A stretch of 64,000 nt of DNA, from assembly GCA_037142475.1 (NCBI GenBank), contig JBAXAR010000001.1, forward strand, positions 4,059 through 68,058. Reading direction: 5' to 3'. The notes below the pieces were generated by a model that was given only the letters and a program-made list of their open reading frames with translations, had not been told where the DNA came from and did no database searches. This DNA is from Actinomycetes bacterium (GTDB lineage Bacteria > Actinomycetota > Acidimicrobiia > Acidimicrobiales > RAAP-2). The stretch's first letter is position 1; the number at the start of each line of letters is the position of its first letter. This document shows positions 55,523 through 63,790 of this stretch, piece by piece. The translations under genes were made by a program, and so were the position numbers.

Positions 55523-57303
55523 GACCCCGCCTCGATGCTCGGCTCCGTCGACGGCCGGCGCCGATAGCCATTGGTGATCGGCATTCGCCGATCCTTCCCG
55601 AAGGCCTTCGTCGTGATCCGAACTCCCGGCGGCATTTGGCGACGCTTGTATTCCGAGAGATCGACGAGCCGCACCACCCGGTCGACGAGGGCGGGGTCAT
55701 GGCCCATCGCCACCAGCTCCGGCGCGGTGCAGTCCGATTCCACGTATGCCGCGAGGATCGGATCCAGCAGCTCATAGGGGGGAAGGGAGTCCTCATCGAA
55801 CTGGTCAGGTCGAAGCTCGGCAGAGGGTGGCTTGTCGATGACGGCGACGGGGATTGGCGCCACCTCACCAGCTGCGACGGCGACCTGGTTCCGAAAGCGA
55901 CACAATTCGTAGACGAGCGTCTTGGGAACATCCTTGATCACTGCAAAGCCCCCAGCAGAGTCGCCGTAGAGCGTTGAATAGCCCGTTGCCATTTCACTCT
56001 TGTTCCCAGTGGTCAACACGATGGCGCCGGTCTCGTTGGAGATCGCCATCAGAAGCACGCCTCGGAGGCGACTCTGGAGATTTTCATCGGTGAGACCCAC
56101 CGGTACACCCCTAAGCGGTCCGGCCAGCATCGACCCGAAGGCGGTATGCGCAGGTTCAATCTCAATCGTGTCGAGCTCAATTCCGAGACGCTCCGCGAGA
56201 TCCTCAGCATCACTTCGGGAGTGGAGCGAGGAGTACCGAGAGGGCATCGAGATCCCACGAACGTTCTCAGACCCGAGTGCGTCGACGGCGATCGTCGCCA
56301 CAATGGTGGAGTCAATCCCGCCGGAAAGTCCGATGACCGCCTTTACGAATCCGTTTTTGGCCAGATAGTCACGTGTGCCCGTGACGAGTGCCTGATAGAC
56401 CTCGTGCTCGCTCGTCGCTGGTTCGATAATGACTCCGCCGCGTGAGGGTCCGGTGGCCCGGGACGTCTCGCTCACGACAATTGCCCCAGGGGCAGCGGCG
56501 GCATCACTCGCCGGGAGATCGACGATCATCAGATCCTCGACGAATGTCCCCGCTCGTGCGAGCAGATCACCATTCCCGGCGAGAAGCTGGGTGTCACCAT
56601 CGAAGACCAACTCGTCTTGGCCCCCGACCATGTTCACGTAGAGGACCGAACAACCTGTCTCCGCCACTCTCGCCGAGAGCACCGATCGCCGTTCCTCTTG
56701 CTGCTGGATCGAGAAGGGTGACGCGTTCAGGCTGACGATCAGATCTGCGCCGGCGTTCGCTAACTCGGCTGCGGGTCCGTGTGCGCTCCAGAGGTCCTCA
56801 CACACCGCTACTCCGACGAGGCTCCCGCCGATCCGAAAGATCGGGTGTGGGCCAGTCCCCGACACGAACCAGCGCTGCTCGTCGAACACTGCGTAATTCG
56901 GGAGGAGGCGCTTGACCACGAGACCCACGATGCGACCCTTGGCAAGAACAGCAGCCACGTTGGCGAGCGGTCGACGTCCGGTGGGTCGATGAGGGGAGAG
57001 CCGCGCATCAGAGGGCGCTGCGACATCGAGCTCATCGGCAAAGAGCACCGTCCCGACGATTGCGACGCAGTCGCGAGTCGCCCTCGCCACCGTCTCGAGG
57101 GCCCGAGTGGCGTCAGCGATGAAGCCGTCCTTGAGGAGCAGGTCCTCCGGTGGATAGCCCGTGAGCACCATCTCTGGGAAGCACACGAGGTCACAGCCTT
57201 CGGCATCTGCCTCTTCGATGGCCCGAATCACTCGCGTGACATTGCCCTCGAGGTCACCAACCGTCGGATTGATCTGGGCCCCAGCGACCCGCAGCGAATG
57301 CAT
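55519..57303 (-). CDS. nadE: glutamine-dependent NAD+ synthetase
   Basis: An N-terminal CN-hydrolase domain (LRVAGAQINP..., FPE, CED) and a C-terminal NAD synthase with the PP-loop GLSGGIDS. Confidence 0.9.
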   Translation of the reverse strand: MHSLRVAGAQINPTVGDLEGNVTRVIRAIEEADAEGCDLVCFPEMVLTGYPPEDLLLKDGFIADATRALETVARATRDCVAIVGTVLFADELDVAAPSDARLSPHRPTGRRPLANVAAVLAKGRIVGLVVKRLLPNYAVFDEQRWFVSGTGPHPIFRIGGSLVGVAVCEDLWSAHGPAAELANAGADLIVSLNASPFSIQQQEERRSVLSARVAETGCSVLYVNMVGGQDELVFDGDTQLLAGNGDLLARAGTFVEDLMIVDLPASDAAAAPGAIVVSETSRATGPSRGGVIIEPATSEHEVYQALVTGTRDYLAKNGFVKAVIGLSGGIDSTIVATIAVDALGSENVRGISMPSRYSSLHSRSDAEDLAERLGIELDTIEIEPAHTAFGSMLAGPLRGVPVGLTDENLQSRLRGVLLMAISNETGAIVLTTGNKSEMATGYSTLYGDSAGGFAVIKDVPKTLVYELCRFRNQVAVAAGEVAPIPVAVIDKPPSAELRPDQFDEDSLPPYELLDPILAAYVESDCTAPELVAMGHDPALVDRVVRLVDLSEYKRRQMPPGVRITTKAFGKDRRMPITNGYRRRPSTEPSIEAGS

Positions 57304-57359
57304 GGACCGAGCCTAACGGCGAGCGTGCTGGGCTCCGTGTGTGAGCGACGCGCAGGGAA

Positions 57360-57387
57360 GTTCACACGGCGTTCACACTCCGGTTAT
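57360..57387 (+). promoter_or_regulatory. 11-bp-phased direct repeats GTTCAC-N5-GTTCAC-N6-GTTAT, candidate GlnR/OmpR-type operator
   Basis: Located in the nadE-glnII divergent region, about 165-190 nt upstream of the glnII start. The half-sites resemble the GTnAC units of actinobacterial GlnR boxes. Confidence 0.35.
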
Positions 57388-57549
57388 GCCCTTCGGACCG
57401 CTCTCGGGCAGAATAGAAGGACCGGTGTTGATCGCAATGGCGCGCTCGACGGTCCGGAGGGAGTGGGGTTGCTTCATTCATGAGGCGGACTCCATCTCTC
57501 GACGTCATCACCAATGCGAAGACCATGTCCCCGAGAACAAGGAGAACCC

Positions 57550-58638
57550 GTGGCTTACCAGGCTGAGTACATCTGGATTGACGGCACCGAGCCCTCACCG
57601 CTGATGCGATCGAAGACCAGGATCCTGGCCGATGGCAAGCAGCCCCCCATCTGGGGTTTCGACGGCTCGAGCACCAACCAGGCAACCGGCGAGAACTCGG
57701 ACTGCGTCCTCAAGCCGGTCTTCACGTGCCCCGACCCGCTTCGCGGACCTGACGACATTCTCGTCATGTGCGAGGTCCTGACCGCCGACATGCGGCCACA
57801 CCCAACCAACACCCGGGCCAAGCTTCGTTCGGTCGCCAGCAAGTACGCCTCCTACGAGCCGATGTTCGGCCTCGAGCAGGAGTACACCTTCATGCAAGAC
57901 GGTCGGCCCTACGGCTGGCCCGACAACGGCTACCCCGCCCCCCAGGGCCCGTACTACTGCGGCGTGGGCGGCGACATGATGCCCGGCCGCGACATCGTCG
58001 AGGCTCACACCCTCGCCTGCATGGAAGCAGGACTCGACATCGAAGGAACGAACGCTGAGGTCATGATGGGCCAGTGGGAGTTCCAGATTGGCGCCATCGG
58101 CCCGATCGAGGTGTCGGACCAGCTGTGGATAGCGCGCTGGCTCCTCTTCCGCATCGCCGAGGACTTCGGCGTCTTCGCCACGCTCGAGCCCAAGCCCATG
58201 CTCGGTGACTGGAATGGTGCGGGTTGCCACACCAACTTCTCTACCAACGAGATGCGCGAAGACGGTGGTTGGAAGGCAATCATCGCTGGCTGCGACGCGA
58301 TTGGGAAGAAGATCGACGAGCACATCGACAACTACGGCGTCGGGATCGAGATGCGCCTGACCGGACACCACGAGACCGCTCACTTCACCAAGTTCTCCTA
58401 CGGAATCTCGGACCGCGGCGCCTCGATCCGCATCCCCTTGCAGGTCGCTCGCGACAAGAAGGGCTGGCTCGAGGACCGTCGGCCGAACGCCAACATGGAC
58501 CCTTACCGAGTGACCCGAGTCATGGTGAACACGGTCTGCTCTGCCGCTGAGGCAGCGAAGGCCGCCAAGAAGGCACCTGCCAAGGCTCCGGCCAAGAAGG
58601 CAACCCCTGTGAAGAAGGCGGCCAAGAAGGCCCGCTGA
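57550..58638 (+). CDS. glnII: glutamine synthetase type II (eukaryote-like GlnII) with a Lys/Ala/Pro-rich C-terminal tail
   Basis: YIWIDG...IWGFDGSSTNQA.G..SD..LKP has the GSII length and order. GTG 57550 lies 5 nt after AGGAG. Tail: AAEAAKAAKKAPAKAPAKKATPVKKAAKKAR. Confidence 0.85.
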   Translation: MAYQAEYIWIDGTEPSPLMRSKTRILADGKQPPIWGFDGSSTNQATGENSDCVLKPVFTCPDPLRGPDDILVMCEVLTADMRPHPTNTRAKLRSVASKYASYEPMFGLEQEYTFMQDGRPYGWPDNGYPAPQGPYYCGVGGDMMPGRDIVEAHTLACMEAGLDIEGTNAEVMMGQWEFQIGAIGPIEVSDQLWIARWLLFRIAEDFGVFATLEPKPMLGDWNGAGCHTNFSTNEMREDGGWKAIIAGCDAIGKKIDEHIDNYGVGIEMRLTGHHETAHFTKFSYGISDRGASIRIPLQVARDKKGWLEDRRPNANMDPYRVTRVMVNTVCSAAEAAKAAKKAPAKAPAKKATPVKKAAKKAR

Positions 58639-58663
58639 GCAATCGCTCGGCAGCCCCACGATC

Positions 58664-58697
58664 GACAAACCGGGCCCGGAAACGGGCCCGGTTTGTC
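58664..58697 (+). terminator. hairpin terminator after glnII (15-bp perfect stem, GAAA loop)
   Basis: gacaaaccgggcccg-gaaa-cgggcccggtttgtc, 26 nt after the glnII stop. Confidence 0.65.
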
Positions 58698-58738
58698 GCG
58701 TCAGGGCTATCGTCATCGAACTCTGAGAGGATCGAGCT

Positions 58739-60073
58739 GTGCAGACCCAGACCGACTACGTGCTCCGAACAGTCGAAGAGCGAGGCATTCGCTTCGTCCA
58801 GCTCTGGTTCACTGACGTCCTTGGCACCCCCAAGGCGTTCAACATCACACCCGCTGAACTCGAGACCGCCCTCGAGGAAGGCATGACCTTTGATGGTTCC
58901 GCTGTCGATGGGTTCAGTCGGGTCCAAGAGGCTGATGTGCTCGCCCTCCCCGATGCCTCAACCTTCCAGATGCTCCCCATCCATGAAGCCAGCCAGAATG
59001 TGGCCCGAGTCTTCTGTGACGTGGTGAATCTCGACGGTACGCCGTTCGCGGGCTGCCCACGCCTGGCACTTCGCCGTGTCCTTGAAGCAGCGCACGCCAA
59101 GGGGTACACGTTCTTCGTCGCCCCTGAGATCGAGTACTTCTACTTCTCGGATCTCGACCCAGCCGGATCGATCACGCCACTCGATATCGGTGGCTACTTC
59201 GACCTCGCCGTGGGTGACCTCCCCAGCGAACTACGACGCCGCAGCGTGTTGGCGCTCGAGGAGATGGGGATCCCCGTCGAGCACGCGCAGCACGAGGACG
59301 CACCAAGCCAGCATGAGATCGACCTCCGCCACACTGATGCCCTTTCGATGGCTGACACGGTGATGACGACCCGGCTCGTGATCAAAGAAGTGGCCAGACA
59401 AGCAGGGGTGGCCGCCAGTTTCATGCCCAAGCCCCTTGCTGGGGTTCAGGGATCGGGGATGCACACGCACCTATCGCTCTGGAAGGACGGACGAAACGCC
59501 TTCGTGGATCCTGATGATGCCTACGGGCTCTCCAACGTTGCTCGAGGATTCATCGCAGGCCTGCTGACCCACGCCCACGAGATCACCGCAGTCACGAACC
59601 AGTGGGTGAACTCCTACAAGCGTCTTGTCCCTGGCCACGAGGCACCAGTCCACGTGAGCTGGGCCCGGAATAACCGGTCCGCACTGGTACGGGTGCCGGT
59701 TACCAAGAAAGACAAGGTCGAATCCACGCGGATTGAGTATCGAGCTCCTGACTCCGCCGCCAATCCCTACCTTGCGTTCGCGGTGATCCTGGCGGCTGGA
59801 CTCGCTGGCATCGACGGCGGCTACGAACTTCCTCCTGAAGCTGATGCCAACCTTTTCGATCTCTCCGCGGGAGACCTCACCGCCATGGGCATCACCCCTC
59901 TCCCTGGGAGCCTGAACGATGCCGTCGACGCAATGGAGCGCTCCACGCTGGTGCGCGAGACGCTTGGCGAGCACCTCTTTGAGTGGTTTATCCGCAACAA
60001 GCGCGCTGAGTGGTCTGCCTACAAGGCGGAAATCTCGAACTTCGAGCTCCAGCGTTACCTGCCGAGGCTCTGA
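58739..60073 (+). CDS. glnA: glutamine synthetase type I (GlnA; GlnA2-like length)
   Basis: GIRFVQLWFTDVLG..K...I....LE.AL.EGM.FDGS beta-grasp plus the GSI catalytic domain. GTG start 7 nt after GAGAGGA. Confidence 0.9.
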   Translation: MQTQTDYVLRTVEERGIRFVQLWFTDVLGTPKAFNITPAELETALEEGMTFDGSAVDGFSRVQEADVLALPDASTFQMLPIHEASQNVARVFCDVVNLDGTPFAGCPRLALRRVLEAAHAKGYTFFVAPEIEYFYFSDLDPAGSITPLDIGGYFDLAVGDLPSELRRRSVLALEEMGIPVEHAQHEDAPSQHEIDLRHTDALSMADTVMTTRLVIKEVARQAGVAASFMPKPLAGVQGSGMHTHLSLWKDGRNAFVDPDDAYGLSNVARGFIAGLLTHAHEITAVTNQWVNSYKRLVPGHEAPVHVSWARNNRSALVRVPVTKKDKVESTRIEYRAPDSAANPYLAFAVILAAGLAGIDGGYELPPEADANLFDLSAGDLTAMGITPLPGSLNDAVDAMERSTLVRETLGEHLFEWFIRNKRAEWSAYKAEISNFELQRYLPRL

Positions 60074-60093
60074 GGCATTCGGACCACCACACC

Positions 60094-60789
60094 ATGGACC
60101 CGATCGCCTGCTTTCCCGACCCTGCCCCTGCAGAGGTCCTTCTCGCCGTCACCGAGGTCGGCCATCCCTACCGATGCGTTGGATCAACCGAGATCGCAGA
60201 AGCCATCGAGCACAGTGAGACCGAGGATGGATGGGCCGGCGCCGTGGTTGTGGCATCGGGCGACCTCGCCGAAGCGCTCTCCCTCTGCCGGTCCCTTCGG
60301 AAGAGGGAGAGTCCGGTCGCGCCGCTTCTCTTGGTCATTGACCTCGACCAGTTGGGAGACCTCAGCCTGCGCGACGACCTCTTCGACGACTTCCTCGTGG
60401 CTCCGATCAGGGTCCCTGAACTGACGACCCGACTCGCCAACCAGCTTGAGCGCCTCGGGCGTGGTGTGGGCGCCGAAGTGATCGAATCAGGTCCCCTCCA
60501 GATCAACCTCGAGACGTATCAGGCAGCAGTCGCCGGACGAGTCCTCGACCTGACCTACATGGAATACGAGCTTCTTCGCTTCCTCGCCAGCCACCCGGCA
60601 AAGGTCTTCACTCGAGAGACGCTGCTGAGTCGGGTGTGGGGCTACGAGTACTACGGAGGGGCACGCACGGTTGACGTCCATATCCGACGCCTCAGGGCAA
60701 AGCTGGGCGAGGAGCATGCACACCTGATTCAGACGGTACGCAGTGTCGGCTACCGATTCGGCCAGCAGTCGTGGACCGGAACCAGGTAA
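60094..60789 (+). CDS. glnR: OmpR/PhoB-family orphan response regulator, GlnR-like, with a degenerate receiver
   Basis: C-terminal winged helix LTYMEYELLRFLASHP.KVFTRE.LL..VWGY.YYGG.RTVDVHIRRLRAKLG. The receiver aligns with Streptomyces GlnR (SLCRSLR, PLLLVI) but lacks the acidic pocket. It is adjacent to glnII and glnA. Confidence 0.7.
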   Translation: MDPIACFPDPAPAEVLLAVTEVGHPYRCVGSTEIAEAIEHSETEDGWAGAVVVASGDLAEALSLCRSLRKRESPVAPLLLVIDLDQLGDLSLRDDLFDDFLVAPIRVPELTTRLANQLERLGRGVGAEVIESGPLQINLETYQAAVAGRVLDLTYMEYELLRFLASHPAKVFTRETLLSRVWGYEYYGGARTVDVHIRRLRAKLGEEHAHLIQTVRSVGYRFGQQSWTGTR

Positions 60790-60790
60790 C

Positions 60791-61333
60791 TCAGGCGAGG
60801 ACTGCCCGGATCAGGGCAATGAAGACGCCGAACATCACGCCAACGAGGCCCTGCAGCATGATGGACGCGGGCCGCATCCCTGCTCGGATACCCCCGAGGA
60901 TGGTGACCAGTGTCAGCGACACCACCGCGGCAACCATCCCGGCCTCGGCCACCCGGATCGCACTCCAATTCAGCAGGGCGGTCATCGCCATCACCAGGAT
61001 TGGGAGGCTCGCCCCGCGCATGATCCCCCATTCGTGGGCCATCGTCGCCTGCACCGCCTTGAAACTGATCGGCTCAGCCGCCCCGAAACGCTCACCCATG
61101 ATCGCGGCGTAGGCGTGGACCAACCAGTAGACGAGCAGCACCACGGTGGTCGCGATGACGTCTCGCCAGCCCGACGATGGCTGAACACTCTCGGCCGCTA
61201 CCACTGAGCCGACGATCACAATGCCGTAAATGACTGCCTGAGGATTGACCTCGGGTTGAATCCATGACACAACCCACTCGACAATCCGGTGAGCCCTGCC
61301 CTCACGCTTCACCGATTGGTCAGATGCGGTCAT
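60791..61333 (-). CDS. integral membrane protein of unknown function (4-5 TM)
   Basis: 180 aa and hydrophobic. ATG 61333 overlaps the ridA stop (ATGA). Confidence 0.6.
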   Translation of the reverse strand: MTASDQSVKREGRAHRIVEWVVSWIQPEVNPQAVIYGIVIVGSVVAAESVQPSSGWRDVIATTVVLLVYWLVHAYAAIMGERFGAAEPISFKAVQATMAHEWGIMRGASLPILVMAMTALLNWSAIRVAEAGMVAAVVSLTLVTILGGIRAGMRPASIMLQGLVGVMFGVFIALIRAVLA

Positions 61334-61695
61334 CTCGTCGCGGTGGCCCACAACTCGACCTCGATGCGGGCACCGAGCGGAAGCGCGGAGACTTCGACTG
61401 CGGTCCTCGCCGGTCGATGGCTTCCGAAGAACCCGACCCAGACCTCGTTGACGGCGGCGAATTCCTTCATGTCGGTGAGATAGACGGTGGCCTTCACAAT
61501 GTCGGTGATCGATGCCCCCTCACCCTCAAGGAGACCAAGTCCGTTCCGGAGCGCCTGGCGGAGCTCTTCTGTCGTGCCCCCTTCGGCCAACACCGCCGGG
61601 CCACCGGTGCCGGGGAGAAGACCCAATTGGCCAGAAGTGATCAGCAGTCCTCCCGCCCGCACAATGGGGGAATACGGTCCGACGGGTGTCGTCAT
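61330..61695 (-). CDS. ridA: RidA/YjgF/UK114-family reactive-intermediate deaminase
   Basis: PVGPYSP.VRAGGLLITSGQLG...ATVYLTDM.EFAAVNEVW..FF....PARTAVEVSALP.GARIE. ATG 61695 overlaps the upstream stop (ATGA). Confidence 0.85.
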   Translation of the reverse strand: MTTPVGPYSPIVRAGGLLITSGQLGLLPGTGGPAVLAEGGTTEELRQALRNGLGLLEGEGASITDIVKATVYLTDMKEFAAVNEVWVGFFGSHRPARTAVEVSALPLGARIEVELWATATR

Positions 61696-63287
61696 GAGGT
61701 CACCTCTCGTTCGGTGGGCCACGCCGGAGGCGTCCCCGCGTGAATCCACGCTGCTGCCATCGTTGCAGCCATCACAGCCACGCCGCACGCAACGGCTGGG
61801 CGATCGTCATCAAGGAGCGTGACGGCGATCGGTGGCGTCTGGCTGGCCGTCAGGATACCGAACGAGCGAATGGTCAGATCGTGGATCACTCCCGAGGTGT
61901 CGACGGCGATGCCCTCAGAGCGCACCAGGCTGAGACCCTGGTGCGCCGCTCCAATGGCATAACTACGCAACGTGATCGGACAGAGAGGGTCACCGGCGGC
62001 AACCGACACGTTCAGACCTTTGTCATCGATCGACACGGTCGCTCGGCCACCCGATGGCGACTCCACGGTCAGGGCTTCGCCCGAGGCGCCCGTCGCACCG
62101 AGCACCGCGAGGGCAGCCAGCACTTCGGCCACGATCGCCCCTCGGTGCGTCGAACCCACGCGTGGTCCCGGAATCTCGACGAACTCGATGACGAGACCGG
62201 GAGCGATCGCCTCGACCGTCTCTCGGAGGTCGTCGAGCGGGTCACTTCCCGGCGTCACGGCCACTCGAAGAATTCCCGTGCGGTTCGCGCGCAGTGCAAG
62301 CGCCAGTGGAGGACGCTTTGCTCCCCGGCGGACCACTTCTTCACGCGGCCACACGGCAAGTACTGGGCAACCCTCCTCGGTCGCTAGGCGACGCGCGTCG
62401 TCGACGATGAGCGACCGTCGCTTGGCGCCAAATGCTCCGGCATTCGCATACGGCGATGACGGGGTGCCCCCGGGATCACACCAACTGGCGTCAGGTTCGA
62501 CATAGGCAGGCTCGACGAATGTCGTCCGAAGACTGAGCGCGACATCATCGAGGTCCGGGACCGTCAGTGGTAACCGCAAGGGAGCCGTCGAATTGCGGCC
62601 TTGCACACTGGCGGCTGCGACTCGGGCTTCTTCGATCGTGGCGCCGATCCGATAGCTACCGTCAGCCGTGGCAATCGCCACCCGGACACCGGCTGGCGCG
62701 ACGTCGGCCGAAAATCCTGCCCGACCCAACACCACGTCGACGCCCGCGTGCTGGTCAGTCCCAGACTCCAGCGTGGCGCGCGCAGCAGCCTTATCCGAAT
62801 CACGAGGCTCGGGGATCTCGGCGGTCGGGTCAAGGGCGAGCAGCGCCGCCTCCACGATGGGCTGATTCCCGGTGCACCGGCAAAGGTGTGCTCCCAACGC
62901 GGTACGCACCTGCGCCTCGGTAGGGACACCACGTCGGGACAGGCCGGCGAGCCTCGCCAGGATCCCAGGCGTGCAGAAGCCACACTGGCTCGCCCCGGTC
63001 GCTTCGAAGGCGGCGATGAGCCTGCTGAGGAGTTGTTCCTCGAGGTGTGCCGGTGTCGTAATGGAGCGACCAGCGACACGACGGATGGGTGTCACGCAAG
63101 AGACTCGGGCGACACCGTCAACCAAGACGGTGCAGCAACCACACTGCCCCTGGGGGCTGCACCCGTCTTTGACCTCGATGATCCCACATCTGCCTCGGAG
63201 CGCGTCGAGGAGCGTTCCCTCCGCTGGGGTCTCGACAAGACGTCCGTCGACCTCGAGCGAGACGGTGAGCGCCACTTCCGGCGCCAT
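61692..63287 (-). CDS. fusion of a CoxS/XdhC-type double [2Fe-2S] domain with a half-size, degenerate xanthine-dehydrogenase/CoxL-like domain
   Basis: The N-terminus has GCSPQGQCGCCTV, QCGFCTPG and CRCTG cluster motifs. The C-terminal ~370 aa carries FVEPAYVEPDASW and GAFGAKRR (compare GGGFGxK) but no FAD domain and no GE catalytic motif near the end. Start placed at ATG 63287. Confidence 0.6.
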   Translation of the reverse strand: MAPEVALTVSLEVDGRLVETPAEGTLLDALRGRCGIIEVKDGCSPQGQCGCCTVLVDGVARVSCVTPIRRVAGRSITTPAHLEEQLLSRLIAAFEATGASQCGFCTPGILARLAGLSRRGVPTEAQVRTALGAHLCRCTGNQPIVEAALLALDPTAEIPEPRDSDKAAARATLESGTDQHAGVDVVLGRAGFSADVAPAGVRVAIATADGSYRIGATIEEARVAAASVQGRNSTAPLRLPLTVPDLDDVALSLRTTFVEPAYVEPDASWCDPGGTPSSPYANAGAFGAKRRSLIVDDARRLATEEGCPVLAVWPREEVVRRGAKRPPLALALRANRTGILRVAVTPGSDPLDDLRETVEAIAPGLVIEFVEIPGPRVGSTHRGAIVAEVLAALAVLGATGASGEALTVESPSGGRATVSIDDKGLNVSVAAGDPLCPITLRSYAIGAAHQGLSLVRSEGIAVDTSGVIHDLTIRSFGILTASQTPPIAVTLLDDDRPAVACGVAVMAATMAAAWIHAGTPPAWPTEREVTS

Positions 63288-63297
63288 CAGGTGGTGA

Positions 63298-63663
63298 TCA
63301 GCTGAAGGAGGAGCCGCAGCCGCAGGTCTTCGATGCGTTCGGGTTCGTGATCTGGAACCCGGCACCGTTGAGACCATCGGAGTAGTCAAGTGACGCCCCG
63401 GTCAGCATCTCAGCGCTCTGGGCATCGACCACAACTCGGACGGTTCCGAAGGTCGTGACAAGGTCGTCACCGGCGATTTCGGAATCGAAGAACATGTCGT
63501 ACTGGAACCCGGAACATCCGCCGGACTTCACCGCAACGCGCAGGGCGAGCGTGTCGCCACCCTCTTCCTCAGCGAGCAACTCGGCGACCTTCGAGATGGC
63601 GATGTCCGAGAGGACGACCGGCTCTGGCTTCTTCCCGATGTTGACAGTGGTTCCAAGTGACAT
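63298..63663 (-). CDS. erpA: A-type iron-sulfur cluster insertion/carrier protein (HesB/IscA/ErpA family)
   Basis: LRVAVKSGGCSGFQY.M.FD and the C-terminal CGCGSSF. ATG 63663 follows a GAGAGGAAA SD; the longer track ORF is an N-terminal artefact. Confidence 0.9.
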   Translation of the reverse strand: MSLGTTVNIGKKPEPVVLSDIAISKVAELLAEEEGGDTLALRVAVKSGGCSGFQYDMFFDSEIAGDDLVTTFGTVRVVVDAQSAEMLTGASLDYSDGLNGAGFQITNPNASKTCGCGSSFS

Positions 63664-63790
63664 CGCAATTTCCTCTCGATGAGGTGGACGGTGCACACCC
63701 GAATTCCGGATGACACCTCGTTCGCACTCCATGCTAGCGACGGAGGAGCCCGCCGTGCGACGCGGCCCACAAAATTGGGCTGCCACCAAC

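Noticed and set aside
57371-57430. A glutamine (glnA-RNA) riboswitch upstream of glnII, suggested by CGUUCAC at the 5' side and a purine-rich GAAUAGAAGG.
   Set aside because: The 3' GGAACG-type closing segment and the conserved GGAAGUAGG block, as I remember them, are not present. The element lies about 125 nt from the start codon, and the CGTTCAC is better explained as part of the phased DNA repeats. It is kept only as an option to test by cmsearch.
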